This document shows, piece by piece, positions 10,212 to 23,390 of a stretch of DNA of 64,000 nt. Both the position numbers and the translations under genes were made by a program. The stretch comes from Octopus vulgaris. Taxonomy: Eukaryota. The stretch's first letter is position 1; every line of letters begins with the position of its first letter. The notes below the pieces were generated by a model that was given only the letters and a program-made list of their open reading frames with translations, did no database searches and was not told the DNA's origin. The DNA lies in contig OX597835.1 of assembly GCA_951406725.2 (NCBI GenBank), positions 22,072,001-22,136,000 of the forward strand. The letters are read 5' to 3'.

Positions 10212-13200
10212 GTACTTTGTCCACTTCCATTACTATTTCTTAAGTATTTGCATGTCTGCATTTGGTCTAATTCTCTCGCGTCAGAGTCTCTTTGTCTTCG
10301 TCTAACATGGTTGTCAGTGCTCTGAATTAATTTTTCTCTTCCCTCCAAGGTTGCCTTATCATATCTTATTAATCAGAATATCTTATCACCTTCTCAGGTA
10401 ATTCCATGTACTCTCTCTCGGCAGTTATTATAATCATCATCATCATCATCACCATCATCATCACCACCATCACCACCACCACCACCACCACCACCACCAC
10501 CACCACCACCACCACCACCACCATCATTATCATCATCAATGCCAATGTCATTGTCATTGTTATTTCCATCGTCGTCATCGTCATTGTCGTCATCGTCATT
10601 GTCGTCATCATTGTTGTCGTGATTTACAGTAAAACTTTTCCATGCTTGCATGACACAGGTAAGATATGCTAATGACAGGAAAAAGATTACGGAAGAAGTC
10701 TTATAGGTGTATCTGTAAACTGCATATAATAAAGAAAGCTGCTTATTAATTAGCTGGAATTACTTAAGTTTACAAAAGAAAGCTATTATTAAAGTCTAAG
10801 ATGTCTAGAAAATTGTTATAAATTTTGATTTTGATATATATTTGTTATTAAAATAAGATTCTTTTGCCAACGAACATTCAAACACACACTTTAATCATAA
10901 TGCTAAATTTTGTTTATTGCAACATGTCTCTCTCACTTTCTCTCTGTCTTTCTCTCTCTCTCTCTCCCACACACACACACATACACACACACACACACAT
11001 ACACACACACACTTTCTCTCATTCTGTTCAATTGTTTGCAATAAAATATCTTTATTCATTATGGCATATGTCCCTCCCTCCCTCTCTCTCTCACTCTCTC
11101 TCTCATTCACTCACTCTCTCACCCACTCTCTCACTTGCTCTCTGCTGTTTTATTCAATTGCTTTTGTTAGGAATAAGTGATCATAAAGTTTTTCTTTCAT
11201 ATACTCTATCTGTTCCTTTTCTCTCTTTTACTTGTTTTAGTCATTTGACTGTGGCCATGCTGGAGCACCGTCTTTAGTCGAGCATCGACCCCAGGACTTA
11301 TTCTTTGTGAACCTAGTACTTATTCTATCGATCTCTTTTGCCAAACCGTTAAGTTACAGGGATGTAAACACACCAGCATCGGTTGTCAATCGGTGTAGGA
11401 GGGACGAACACATACACAAACATACATACATATATACGACAGGCTTCTTTCAGTTTCCGTCTGCCAAATCCACTCACAAGGCTTTGGTTGGCCTGAGGCT
11501 ATAGTAGAAGACACTTGCCCAAGATACTACGCAGTGGGAATGAAACCGGAACCATGTGGTTGGGAAGCAAGCTACTTACCACACAGCCATGAAAGTCTTC
11601 ATCAAATATATTTATCATGTCAAAATTACTTTAAAGTTTTATTTTGTTACAGACATACGTGTTAACCATGGTCCTTTCACTAATGAAACCCTTCGATTGT
11701 CTTCTGCCTCTGGAGATGATGATGATGATGATGATGATGATAACGATGATGATGACAACAGTGATTAGAATGATGATGAGGATGATGATGACAACAACGA
11801 TGATGATGACAAGAACGATGATGATGATGATGATGTACTTTGTCCACTTCCATTACTAATTCTTAAGTATTTGCATGTCAGCATTTGGTCCAATTCTCTC
11901 GCGTCAGAGTCTCTTTGTCTTCGTCTAACATGGTTGTCAGTGCTCTGAATTAATTTTTTCTCTTCCCTCCAAGGTCGCCTTATCATATTTTATTAATCAG
12001 AATATCTTATCACCTTCTCAGGTAATTCCATGTACTCTCTCTCAGCAGTTATTATAATCATCATCATCATCATCACCATCATCATCATCACCACCACCAT
12101 CACCACCACCACCACCATCATCATTATCATCATCAATGTCAAAGTCGTCGTCATCACCATCATCATCATCACCATCATCATCACCATCATCATCATCACC
12201 ATCACCACTACCACCACCACCACCACCACCATCATCATTATCATCATCAATGTCAATGTCATTGTCATTGTTATTTTCATCGTCGTCGTCGTCATTGTCG
12301 TCATCATTGTTGTCGTGATTTACAGTAAAATTTTCCATGCTTGCATGACACAGGTAAGATATGCTAATGAAAGGAAAAAGACTACGGAAGAAGTCTTATA
12401 GGTGTATCTGTAAACTGCATATAATAAAGAAAGCTGCTTATTAATTTGCTGGAATTACTTAAGTTTACAAAAGAAAGCAAATATTAAAGTCTAAGATGTC
12501 TAGAAAATTGTTATAAATTTTAATTTTGATATATATTTGTTATTAAAATAAGATTCTTTTGCCAACAAACGTTCAAACACACACTTTAATCATAATGCTA
12601 AATTTTGTTTATTGCAACATGTCTCTCTCACTTTCTCTCTGTCTTTCTCTCTCTCTCTCTCCCACACACACACACATACACACACACACACATACACACA
12701 CACACTTTCTCTCATTCTGTTCAATTGTTTGCAATAAAATATCTTTATTCATTATGGCATATGTCCCTCCCTCCCTCTCTCTCTCACTCTCTCTCTCATT
12801 CACTCACTCTCTCACCCACTCTCTCACTTGCTCTCTGCTGTTTTATTCAATTGCTTTTGTTAGGAATAAGTGATCATAAAGTTTTTCTTTCATATACTCT
12901 ATCTGTTCCTTTTCTCTCTTTTACTTGTTTTAGTCATTTGACTGTGGCCATGCTGGAGCACCGTCTTTAGTCGAGCATCGACCCCAGGACTTATTCTTTG
13001 TGAACCTAGTACTTATTCTATCGATCTCTTTTGCCAAACCGTTAAGTTACAGGGATGTAAACACACCAGCATCGGTTGTCAATCGGTGTAGGAGGGACGA
13101 ACACATACACAAACATACATACATATATACGACAGGCTTCTTTCAGTTTCCGTCTGCCAAATCCACTCACAAGGCTTTGGTTGGCCTGAGGCTATAGTAG

Positions 13201-13407
13201 AAGACACTTGCCCAAGATACTACGCAGTGGGAATGAAACCGGAACCATGTGGTTGGGAAGCAAGCTACTTACCACACAGCCATGAAAGTCTTCATCAAAT
13301 ATATTTATCATGTCAAAATTACTTTAAAGTTTTATTTTGTTACAGACATACGTGTTAACCATGGTCCTTTCACTAATGAAACCCTTCGATTGTCTTCTGC
13401 CTCTGGA
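10212..13407. repeat. Tandem duplication, ~1.5-1.7-kb unit (about 10212-11715 and 11834-13407)
   Basis: Near-identical sequence. Identical ORFs at 11307 and 13000 (offset 1693). Each copy contains a minus-strand family A SINE. Confidence 0.95.
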
Positions 13408-13791
13408 ATGGAAGCACTCCATCGGTTACGACGACGAGGGTTCCGGTTGATCCGAATCAACGGAACAGCCTGCTCGTGAAATTAACGTGTAAGTGGCTGA
13501 GCACTCTACAGACACGTGTACCCTTCACGTAGTTCTCGGGGATATTCAGCGTGACACAGAGAGTGACAAGGCCGGCCCTTTGAAATACAGGTACAACAGA
13601 AACAGGAAGTAAGAGTGAGAGAAAGTTGCGGTGAAAGAGTACAGCAGGGATCACCGCCATCACCTGCCGGAGCCTCGTGGAGCTTTAGGTGTTTTCGCTC
13701 AATAAACACTCACAACGCCCAGTCTGGGAATCGAAGCTGTGATCCTATGACCGCGAGTCCGCTGCCCTAACCACTGGGCCAATGCGCCTCC
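13405..13791 (-). mobile_element. Young tRNA-derived SINE (family C) with 11-bp TSD
   Basis: Head GGAGGCGCATTGGCCCAGTGGTTAGGGCAGCGGACTCGCG and tail GTGCTTCCATTCCA. TSD CTTCTGCCTCT at 13394-13404 and 13792-13802. Confidence 0.88.
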
Positions 13792-13891
13792 CTTCTGCCT
13801 CTAATCCTCTTTGCGTTTATTGCTAAATACCACACTGATGTATGTTTTTTCAACATTTTCCACAATTTTTATTTTTCTATTCTCACTCTCT

Positions 13892-14225
13892 CATCATCAT
13901 CATCATCGTTTAACGTCCGTTCTCCATGCTAGCATGGGTTGGACAGTTCGACCGGGGATCTGGGAAGCCAGAAGGCTGCACCAGGCTCCGGTCTTATCTG
14001 GCAAAGTTTCTACAGCTGGATGCCCTTCCTAACGCCAACCACTCCGAGAGTGTAGTGGGTGCTTTTTACGTGCCACCTGCACTGGTGCCAGGCGAGGCTG
14101 GCATCGGCCACGGTCGGATTGGTGCATTTTACGTGCCACCTGCACGGAAGCCAGTCGAGGCGGCACTGGCTTCAGCCACGATTCGGATGGTGCTTTTTAC
14201 GTGCCACCGTGTCGGTGGCACGTCT
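13892..14225 (-). mobile_element. RTE-LINE 3' end
   Basis: (CAT)n-CGTTTAACGTCC...CCATGCTAGCATGG. Near-identical to 33120-33445 (+) and 57130-57410. Confidence 0.8.
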
Positions 14226-14292
14226 CACACATACAAATTTTGCTCATAAGCATTGCACTGTCATTTCATTTAATGCTTTGTTTCTTTGCAAT

Positions 14293-14345
<53 letters not shown>

Positions 14346-14653
14346 GTCTGTCTCTCTCGCTCTCTCTCTCTTTCACTCTCTACAAAATTTTTCTTCCTGA
14401 TGTTTAAAGAATATTTGTGAAAAGTTTTACACAATATCTTCTGGCTATACCAATTTCCATCCTTTCAAGGTTGATAAAATGAAATACCAGTCATGTTCTG
14501 GGGTTGATATAATTGACTAACCCTTTCCCTTTAAAACTGCTGGCCTTGTACCAAAATCTGAAACCATTATTATTTTCCATCCTTTTATCATATCAAAATT
14601 ATTTTGCAGAAAACATCTACTCTCTGCAAAATAAATGACAATATATGCGTATG

Positions 14654-14654
<1 letters not shown>

Positions 14655-14684
<30 letters not shown>

Positions 14685-15000
14685 TTAACGTCCGCTTTCC
14701 ATGCTAGCATGGGTTGGACGGTTCAACTGGGGTCTGGGAAGCCCGAAGGCTCCACCAGGCCAGTCAGATCTGGCAGTGTTTCTACAGCTGGATGCCCTTC
14801 CTAACACCAACCACTCCGAGAGTGTAGTGGGTGATTTTATGTGCCACCGACACAGTGCCAGACGAGGCTGGCAGACGGCCACGCTCGGATAGTGTTTTTA
14901 TGTGCCACCGACACAGGTGCCAGATGAGGCTGGCGAACGGCCACGATCAGATGGTGTTTGTTACATGCCCACAGCACGGAGGCCAGTCGATGCGGTAGTG
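14655..15000 (-). mobile_element. RTE-LINE 3' end (57-bp repeat subfamily)
   Basis: Same tail. Internal GTGCCACCGACACAGGTGCCAGACGAGGC units as at 26580-27000 and 42990-43170. Confidence 0.8.
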
Positions 15001-15054
15001 TGCGTATATGTAAGTATGTGTATACAGACACACACCTTTATATATTTTTATATT

Positions 15055-15805
15055 CTTTTACTTGTTTCAGTCATTTGACTGCAGCCATGCTGGAGCACTG
15101 CCTTAAAGGCTTATAGTCAAAGAAATCAACCCTAGGACTTATTCTTTGTAAGCCTAGTACTTATTCTATCGGTCTTTTTTACTGAACTGCTAAGTTACAG
15201 GGTCATAAGCACACCAACATTGGTTATCAAGCAATAGTGGGATTAGGGTGGGGGAACAAACACAAAGACACATAGATAAATATATACATGTCTATATATT
15301 ATGCTCTTCTTTCAGTTTCCGTCTACCAAATCCACTCATAAGGTTTTGGCTGTCCCAAGGTTATAGTAGAAGATACTTGCCCAAGGTATTACACAACAGG
15401 ACTCTTTTACTCTTTTACTCTTTTACATGTTTCAGTCATTTGACTGCGGCCATGCTGGAGCACCGCCATTAGTTGAGCAAATCGACCCCGGGACTTATTC
15501 TTTGTAAGCCCAGTACTTATTCTATCGGTCTCTTTTGCTGAACCGCTAAGTGACGGGGACGTAAACACACCAGCATCGGTTGTCAAGCAATGCTAGGGGT
15601 ACGAACACAAACACACATACACATACACATACATATATATACATATATATGACAGGCTTCTTTCAGTTTCCGTCTACCAAATCCACTCACAAGGCATTGG
15701 TCGGCCCGGGGCTATAGCAGAAGACACTTGCCCAAGGTGCCACGCAGTGGGACTGAACCCGGAACCATGTGGTTGGTAAGCAAGCTACTTACCACACAGC
15801 CACTT
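15055..15805 (-). mobile_element. Two adjacent family A SINE copies
   Basis: The tail TTTACTTGTTTCAGTCATTTGACTGC occurs twice (about 15057 and 15421). Head CTTACCACACAGCCAC near 15800. Confidence 0.8.
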
Positions 15806-16129
15806 CTGCGCCTATCCACAGCCACTCCTGCGCCTGTATATATAAATGTAACAACACTACACACACACACACACACACACACACAAATGCACATGCACAA
15901 GCAAGCAATCAAACACTTGATAGCAGATGTATGGTGTGAAATGAATGGTTGGATTAATGCTGAGCTCTCAGCAAGAGATCAGAATTAATCAGAAGACTTG
16001 TAACTATTTCATAATTTGTCTGGAATTTTCCTAATAGGTTATTAAACTGAGTAATTGATTTCTTTTTGTTCTTGCAATGCTAAGAATTTTATATGCCAGG
16101 CTTTGTCTTACTATTTCATATGGAAAATT

Positions 16130-16493
16130 ATCTCTTTATATAATAATAATAATGTTCGTCCTTCGGGTTCGAAGATGACCATTGACATCATTTGGTGGAA
16201 TTGCTGCTATGAGACCGGAGGTGGCTGGTGAGGCAAACGCAAAGTCGGAGGGCAGAAGAAGCGCTTCAAGGATAGTCTCAAAGTCCCTCTCAAAGACTTC
16301 TCCTTCGGCACAGAGACTTGGGAGACACTTGCTGCCGACCGCTCATCCTGGCGCAGCGGCGCAATCACCACAGGAGCAAAGACAGCCGAGGAGAGTCGGA
16401 TTCAGTCAGCAGAACAGAAACGCCAGATGTGGAAAGCCAGAGCTACCTGCACCAATAGCACAGCCCCTACCCTACCCACATCTCTTTATATAA
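16130..16493 (-). mobile_element. RTE-clade LINE fragment with 5' inversion and 14-bp TSD
   Basis: Minus strand 16234-16144 reads GLTSHLRSHSSNSTK*, then TGGTCATCTTCGAACCCGAAGGACGAAC and an (ATT)n tail. Plus strand 16232-16479 reads GKRKVGGQKKRFKDSLK...WETLAADRSSWR...AEQKRQMWKAR, an RTE C-terminus. TSD ATCTCTTTATATAA at 16130-16143 and 16480-16493. Confidence 0.85.
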
Positions 16494-16668
16494 CATGCTG
16501 GTGGCATGTAAAATGCACCCACTGCACTCTCGGAGTGGTTGGGGTTAGGAAGGGCATCCAACTGTAAAAACATTGCCAGATCACATTGGAACCTGATGCA
16601 GCTACTGGCTTTCCAGACCTCCATCAAATAGTTCAACCCATGCCAACATGGAAAACGGACGTTAAACA

Positions 16669-16700
<32 letters not shown>

Positions 16701-18539
16701 GATTACTAAAATATATAGGCATACTTGTGTAGTAAGAAGCTTGCTTCCCAACCACATTGTTCCAGGTTCAGTCCCACTGCATGGCACCTTCGGTGAGTGT
16801 CTTTTACTATAGCCTCGGGCTGACCAAAATTTTGTGAGTGGATTTGGTACATGGAAACTGAAAGAAGCCCATTCATATATGTGTGTGTGTGTGTCTGTGT
16901 TTGTCCCCCCACACCCCCACCCACCACTTGACAAACAGCGTTGGTTTGTTTACATCTCCATAGCTTAGCAGCGGCAACAAAAGTAGTACCAGACTTTAAA
17001 AAAGCGGAGAGAAAATAAGTATTATGATCAATTCATTTGACCAATGATTCCTCAATGCAGTGCCCCAGCATGGGCGCAATCTAATGACTAAAACAAGTAA
17101 AAAAAACAATAACAATATCTATATATATTTCTTTATTGCCCACAAGGGGCTAAACATAGAGGGGACGAACAAGGACAGACAAACGGATTAAGTCGATTAC
17201 ATCAACCCCCTCAGTGCAAAACTGGTACTTTATTTATCGACCCTGAAAGGATGAAAGGTAAAGTCGACCTCCGCGGAATTTGAACTCAGAATGTAAGGAC
17301 AGACGAAATACCGCTAAGCATTTCGCCCGGCGCGCTAACGAGTCTGCCAGCACACCGCCTTTTCTATATACATACATATATACATATATGTTGTGGTGAT
17401 CACCCTCAAGTGAGACAGACACAGCAAGCAGTGTCAGTCAGTGAGGCATGCCGTACAGGCCAGTCATGCAAACAACGAAGTTACGTCATCATGATGCAGG
17501 ACATGTCGGTGGTGACGAGGAGTCAAACTCCATGCAGTGGCAGATAAGACTAACCCAGAACTGAACTACACACAGTGAAAAATAATATAAATCCGTTTGT
17601 AGGATTTCTGTCAGGTCACAATGTGTTAGTAGCACTACCAGTAAACAATGTAGACTGGTACTACCTGCAGCATTCTGAAGAGAAAAATAATTCTGGGTGG
17701 AAGAAAAAGAAATGGAAAAAAAAAATGATGCTGTGTGAAAGAAGCAAAAATAAATCTCAAGCGGGGAGGTGTTGTAGCGGACACCTCCAAGTGAGGAGTG
17801 GGCTGTTCCACTACTGATAAATAGTGGACAGACACAGCAAGCAATGTCAGTTGGCGAGGTATGCCGTATGGGCCAGTCACACAGACGATGAAGTTACATC
17901 ATCATAATGCAGGACATGTGACCTCGTGAGCACCGCTAGCAATTTTTTTCCTCTGTCTTCCCTTTTCGGGATCTTTCCTTCTCCTTTGTTTCCGACGAAG
18001 AGCTCCGCTCGAAACGTTAAACCCTCCTTCTTCCCTTCTTTCCTAAGCGTCCAATAATGCTTTATTTGTTCCACGTCCTTGCGTTGCTGTGTTTTTTTGT
18101 GTTTTCTTGTTTGGATTAACTATATATATATACATTAAAATTGGTAAGATCAGTTTATGGGATTACTATAGGTTTCCCATCCATAAAGAGTTTAGCTTTA
18201 TGGTGTATTGTCAAATCCCAAAATCTGTTGGCCCAAGGCCTCTTAAGAATATGGAGGAGGAAACACCATAAAGCCAAACACTTTATGGACGGGAAACCTA
18301 AGGTAATCCCTTAAACTGGCCTTCCCCCTTTTTTAATATATACTGCTCTATATCTTAGAGTGCACTTTTTTCAGATTTGTTTTTTACTGATTATATATAT
18401 CATCATCATCATCGTTTAACGTCCGTTCTCCATGCTAGCATGGGTTGGACGGTTCGACCGGGGATCTGGGAAGCCAGAAGGCTGCACCAGGCTCCAGTCT
18501 GATCTGGCAGTGTTTCTACAGCTGGATGCCCTTCCTAAC

Positions 18540-18571
<32 letters not shown>

Positions 18572-18576
<5 letters not shown>

Positions 18577-19747
18577 GGACTTGGTTATGTTTTCTTTTGA
18601 ATCCTATGAAAGTCTTATAACAACGTGGTTAATTGTTTCTGACACTTACTCATTCAGATTACTCTGTCAAATGTTTATTGATATTGTCTTTTGAATCAAT
18701 AATCTATTATGCCATACCTTTAAAATTTTGATGATGTAAATGTATATTTTTAGAATGCATTTTGGTATAGGTGTGAGAAGCTGGATTTGGTTGGTTTGAT
18801 TGTAAAACAGGTTGAATATTTGGGCCGGATATGGCCCATTTAAATGCAAATAGTTTAAATATTTAATCCCAAATTTAATCACAACGAAAATTTGATCTTT
18901 TATTTTCAAAACAGTTTTTTTTAAAAAAGCATTATGTTTTCACTGTTTTTTCATACTCTCTTCTACTCTTCTACTTGTTTCAGTCATTTGACTGCGGCCA
19001 TGCTGGAGCACCGCCTTTAGTCGAGCAAATCGACCCCGGGACTTATACTTTTGTAAGCCCAGTACTTATTCTATCGGTATCTTTTGCCGAACCGCTAAGT
19101 GACAGAGACGTAAACACACCAGCATCGGTTGTCAAGCAATGCTAGGGGGACAAACACAGACAAACAAACACACACATACATATATATATATACATATATA
19201 TGACAGGCTTCTTTCAGTTTCCGTCTACCAAATCCACTCACAAGGCATTGGTCGGCCCGGGGCTATAGCAGAAGACACTTGCCCAAGATGCCACGCAGTG
19301 GGACTGAACCCGGAACCATGTAGTTGGTTAGCAAGCTACTTACCACACAGCCACTCATATATATATAAGAGGACTTGGTTATGTTTTCTTTTTAATCCTA
19401 TGAAAGTCTTATAACAACGTGGTTAATTGTTCTTGACACTTACTCATTCAGATTACTCTGTCAAATGTTTATTGATATTGTTTTTTGAATAAATAATCTA
19501 TTATGCCATAGCCTTAAAATTTTGATGGTGTAAATGTTTATTTTTAGAATGCATTTTGGTACAGGTGTGAGAAGCTGGATTTGGTTGGTTTGATTGTAAA
19601 ACAGGTTGAATATTTGGGCCAGATATGGCCCATTTAAATGCAAATAGTTTAAATATTTAATCCCAAATTTAATCACAAAGAAAGTTTGATCTTTTATTTT
19701 CAAAACAGTTTTTTTAAAAAGCATTATGTTTTCACTGTTTTTTCATA
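18572..19747. repeat. ~385-bp direct duplication (18572-18955 and 19367-19747) flanking a family A SINE (18960-19356, minus)
   Basis: Both copies run from AAGAGGACTTGGTTATG to CACTGTTTTTTCATA, with scattered substitutions. Confidence 0.9.
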
Positions 19748-21378
19748 TTTCATTACATTGTATTAAAATTCTAATTTCTTTTTGTCTTTGGTCAGTAAGT
19801 ATTATTTCCTATTTGCTTCCATCAAGAAATCAAAGGAAATCACTACTGTTCCCTTCAAGCTTTGCTTTTCTGACTTGCACACCAGTGTTTGAAACTGACC
19901 TATTTTCCATTACATTTCAAACAGATTCAGTGCTGAGTTACTGAATTTCAGAAATATCATTATAGCAAACATTCTGCTCAGTACCACAGATTTGCTTGTC
20001 AGTTGCTTGACCTTAACCACTAGAGCATGTCCCTGAGTGGCTAACAATATGTTCATGATCTCTGATCGTGAGCAAGAGTAGTTGGGGCGGGGCTTCATCA
20101 CCATGTGTTGAAAGGGATTCTTTGGGGTTTGAATGTAACAAAAGCAAAGTTTGAAGGAAATATTAAGCATTTTTCATACTTTGTAGGGGTCAGCAAATAA
20201 GAAATAACAGGGGCTAAAATTGTGTTACACAGTTTTATGAATGAACCATTTGCTGGAAGAGTTCCTTCAGTGACCAGTGCCAAAGCTGCTTGTGCATGGG
20301 AAAGTGGTGCATTGGACGAATTCTTAAAGCATCAGATAGAACACCTTGCAGTGTTTGTTCTGGATCTTTGCACCCTGAGTTCAAATTCCACCGTGGTGAA
20401 TGATGTTCACTATTTAACTTTCCAGGTTCAATAAATAAACTACCTGTCAAGTACTGGGTTTGTTTCTTTCACCCTCTGGATTGGCATGGACTTCTCTGGC
20501 TGGTTGAATTCATCCCCCTCTTTAACACCACCAGGTGGGGCTTCAATTTAGCTTTTTTTCCTTTCAGGGTCAATAAATCAAGTACTCAGTCAAGTACACA
20601 CGTTTCTCTCTCTCTCCCACCTATGCCGTATCTCCACAAGTCCCTCTTTCTCCCCTTTCCATCTCTCTTTTCCCTTTCCCTCATCTCTCTCTCCTTTCCC
20701 CTCTCTCTTCCCTTGCTCTCTCTTCCCCTGTTCCCTCCCTCTTTCCCCTCTCCCTCTATTTCTGCTAAAGTGGAATCCACATTGTTGCAAGCAAACATTC
20801 AGACCAAGGTCCATTCTGGTTCGAGGCTATCTTCTTCCTTACCCCATGGAGGTGTATGGCTTGGTGGTTAAGGGTGTTGGACTCATGATTGTAAGATTGC
20901 GGTTTCGATTCCTGGACCAGGCAACGCATTGTGTTCTTGAACCAAACACTTCATTTCACATTACTCCAGTCTACTCACCTGGCAAAAATGAGTAATCCTG
21001 TGATGGACCAGCATCCTGTCCAGGTGGGCAGTATATACACCATGAAACTGGGAAACCAGTTCTTCTGAGTTGGCATGTCTTGAGAAGGTAACCTTTAGTT
21101 TTTGAAAGCCTTTCTTACTCCTACCATGTCTTGGATAGATATTACGGTCCCTGTAAGGAGTCATAGGCCTTCTCTGCAGCCGAAAAGATCAAAAAAAAAA
21201 AGAGAGAAGTTGAAGAAGCAGGGAGAGCAAGGAGTATTTTCATCATGATCTCATTAACCTGTTAACTTCCACCTGTCTGTGGACTCGTTAATGGAGAAAG
21301 AATGCAACTAGATCTCACCTGTTGGACACCTGTAACATCTTTAAATGTCAAGATTGTTTGATGAAACACTATACATAA

Positions 21379-21481
<103 letters not shown>

Positions 21482-21499
21482 ATCGTAATTTGACTTGTT

Positions 21500-21533
<34 letters not shown>

Positions 21534-21860
21534 TGTACATATCTGTGTATACAGATATGTGTATATGTGTGTATACAGATCTCCCGAAAATGTAGTATAT
21601 GTGTGAATAGATATATATTCATGTGTGCGTGTGTGCATGAGAGTGTATATGTGTGTGTGTATGCATGCAGATATAGATGTATAGATATATGTGTCTCTGT
21701 ATGTGTGTATTTATATGACTATCTCTATGTATGCATCTCTGCATGTATGTATTTGTCTATGTTTGTGTGTACTTGTGTACCACTGAGTAGGTATTTTCTC
21801 TTTGTCACTCTCTATGTTTATTTTTTTGCTTTCATCTCCCTGTCACTTTCTGTCTGTCTG

Positions 21861-21910
<50 letters not shown>

Positions 21911-21962
21911 GCATTAGTTTACTTTACTCTAGAACTAAACCAACACTCACTCAGCTTTAATT

Positions 21963-22039
<77 letters not shown>

Positions 22040-22243
22040 AAATTGATATAAAAAGCAGTTTGTTATTTTTCACCAAAAAGGTGAGTCAACAAATGTCCAA
22101 ATGTCACTAAATGTGACTGGGGTGTAAGGGAACACCTAGATTGCTAGAAATAAGAGCTAAACTGTTCTAATGTTGCAGTTAAGGCACATGAATGGAATCA
22201 TAATCGTCTGAAAAGTGCTGGTCAAGAATACTTAATACTCTCT

Positions 22244-22279
<36 letters not shown>

Positions 22280-22486
22280 CATATATATAAGGATAAATTT
22301 TATATAAGATCTATCAAGTAGCCAGCGTGGAAAACCAATAGAGGAAAAAAATTAATGCAAAGTATTATAAAATACATTATTATATCAAGGGCTATTACTA
22401 TACGTAACGCGTCATGCTGTAATGGGACTCTAAAGTCAAACTACTTCAATGAATATACTCATATCCTTTCATGGACATAAGTGTGT

Positions 22487-22532
<46 letters not shown>

Positions 22533-22758
22533 TGAGAACTTACCAAAAAACAAAAGACAAAGATGGGTGTGTAAACAACAAACAGACGTATTAGTTTAAT
22601 GCTCGGGAAGAGAAAAAGTCTTTTATGTTTCGAGCCTATGCTCTTCAACAGAAAGGAACACAGAAATAAACAGGGAGAGAAAATAGAAAAAGGTTTAGTG
22701 GCTAGCGATCTATTATACATACATATATATATATATATATACACACACAGGTACCAAA

Positions 22759-23156
22759 TCTTTATATATAAAAGTAAGGTTGTGTGCTGTCTGTCTCCTA
22801 CGATTTAGATTCCTAACTACTCCCACATTTTGCGGTGCAGTTTAACCAAAACCGGGTATCTTATAGTCGTGATTCATATTGAGCCCTTCTGGGTATTAGC
22901 GCACGTCTACGATGAGTCTACGATTTAAAAAAAAATTTACCATCAATTTTTTTCCATTTTTAATGCATTTTTGGCATATATAAGGGAAGTAACTCTCTAA
23001 AAATTTATTATTAAATCTCAGAACATAAAAAGCTACAGTAACAACCCCCACTTTGTGGTTAGCCATATTGAGATGGCTATTATACTTTACATCTCTAAAA
23101 ATGCTTATATAGTTATTTCCCTTACAAACCCGAGCAACGCCGGGCGATACTGCTAG
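22759..23156 (+). mobile_element. Non-autonomous Helitron
   Basis: 5' A|TCTTTATATATAAAAG and a 3' hairpin CCCGAGCAACGCCGGG followed by CTAG|T. No TSD; inserted between A and T. Confidence 0.8.
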
Positions 23157-23325
23157 TCCAATATAAAATATAGATTCAACCAAGGATTGGTTCTAGGTGT
23201 GGCATACAACAGGAAGGGCATCTAGCTGTAGAAAATCTCTCTCAACAAACTGTTTGATTCATGCAAGCATGGAAAATTGGACATTACAAACGAGGATGAT
23301 GATGATGATCTCACACACACACCCA

Positions 23326-23390
<65 letters not shown>

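Noticed and set aside
8893-10348. His/Ser/Pro-rich ORFs up to 374 aa
   Set aside because: Trinucleotide minisatellite; open in all three minus frames, with no codon structure.
13715-13791. tRNA-like sequence with A and B boxes (also 38652, 50403, 5948)
   Set aside because: Continues into a shared SINE body with TSDs; not a stand-alone tRNA gene.
16182-16493. 103-aa plus-strand ORF
   Set aside because: Off-frame reading across an inverted RTE fragment; the real coding frame is a different one.
21319-21329. Possible 11-nt minus-strand micro-exon (ttacag|GTGTCCAACAG|gtgaga)
   Set aside because: Weak polypyrimidine tract; cannot be supported without RNA data.
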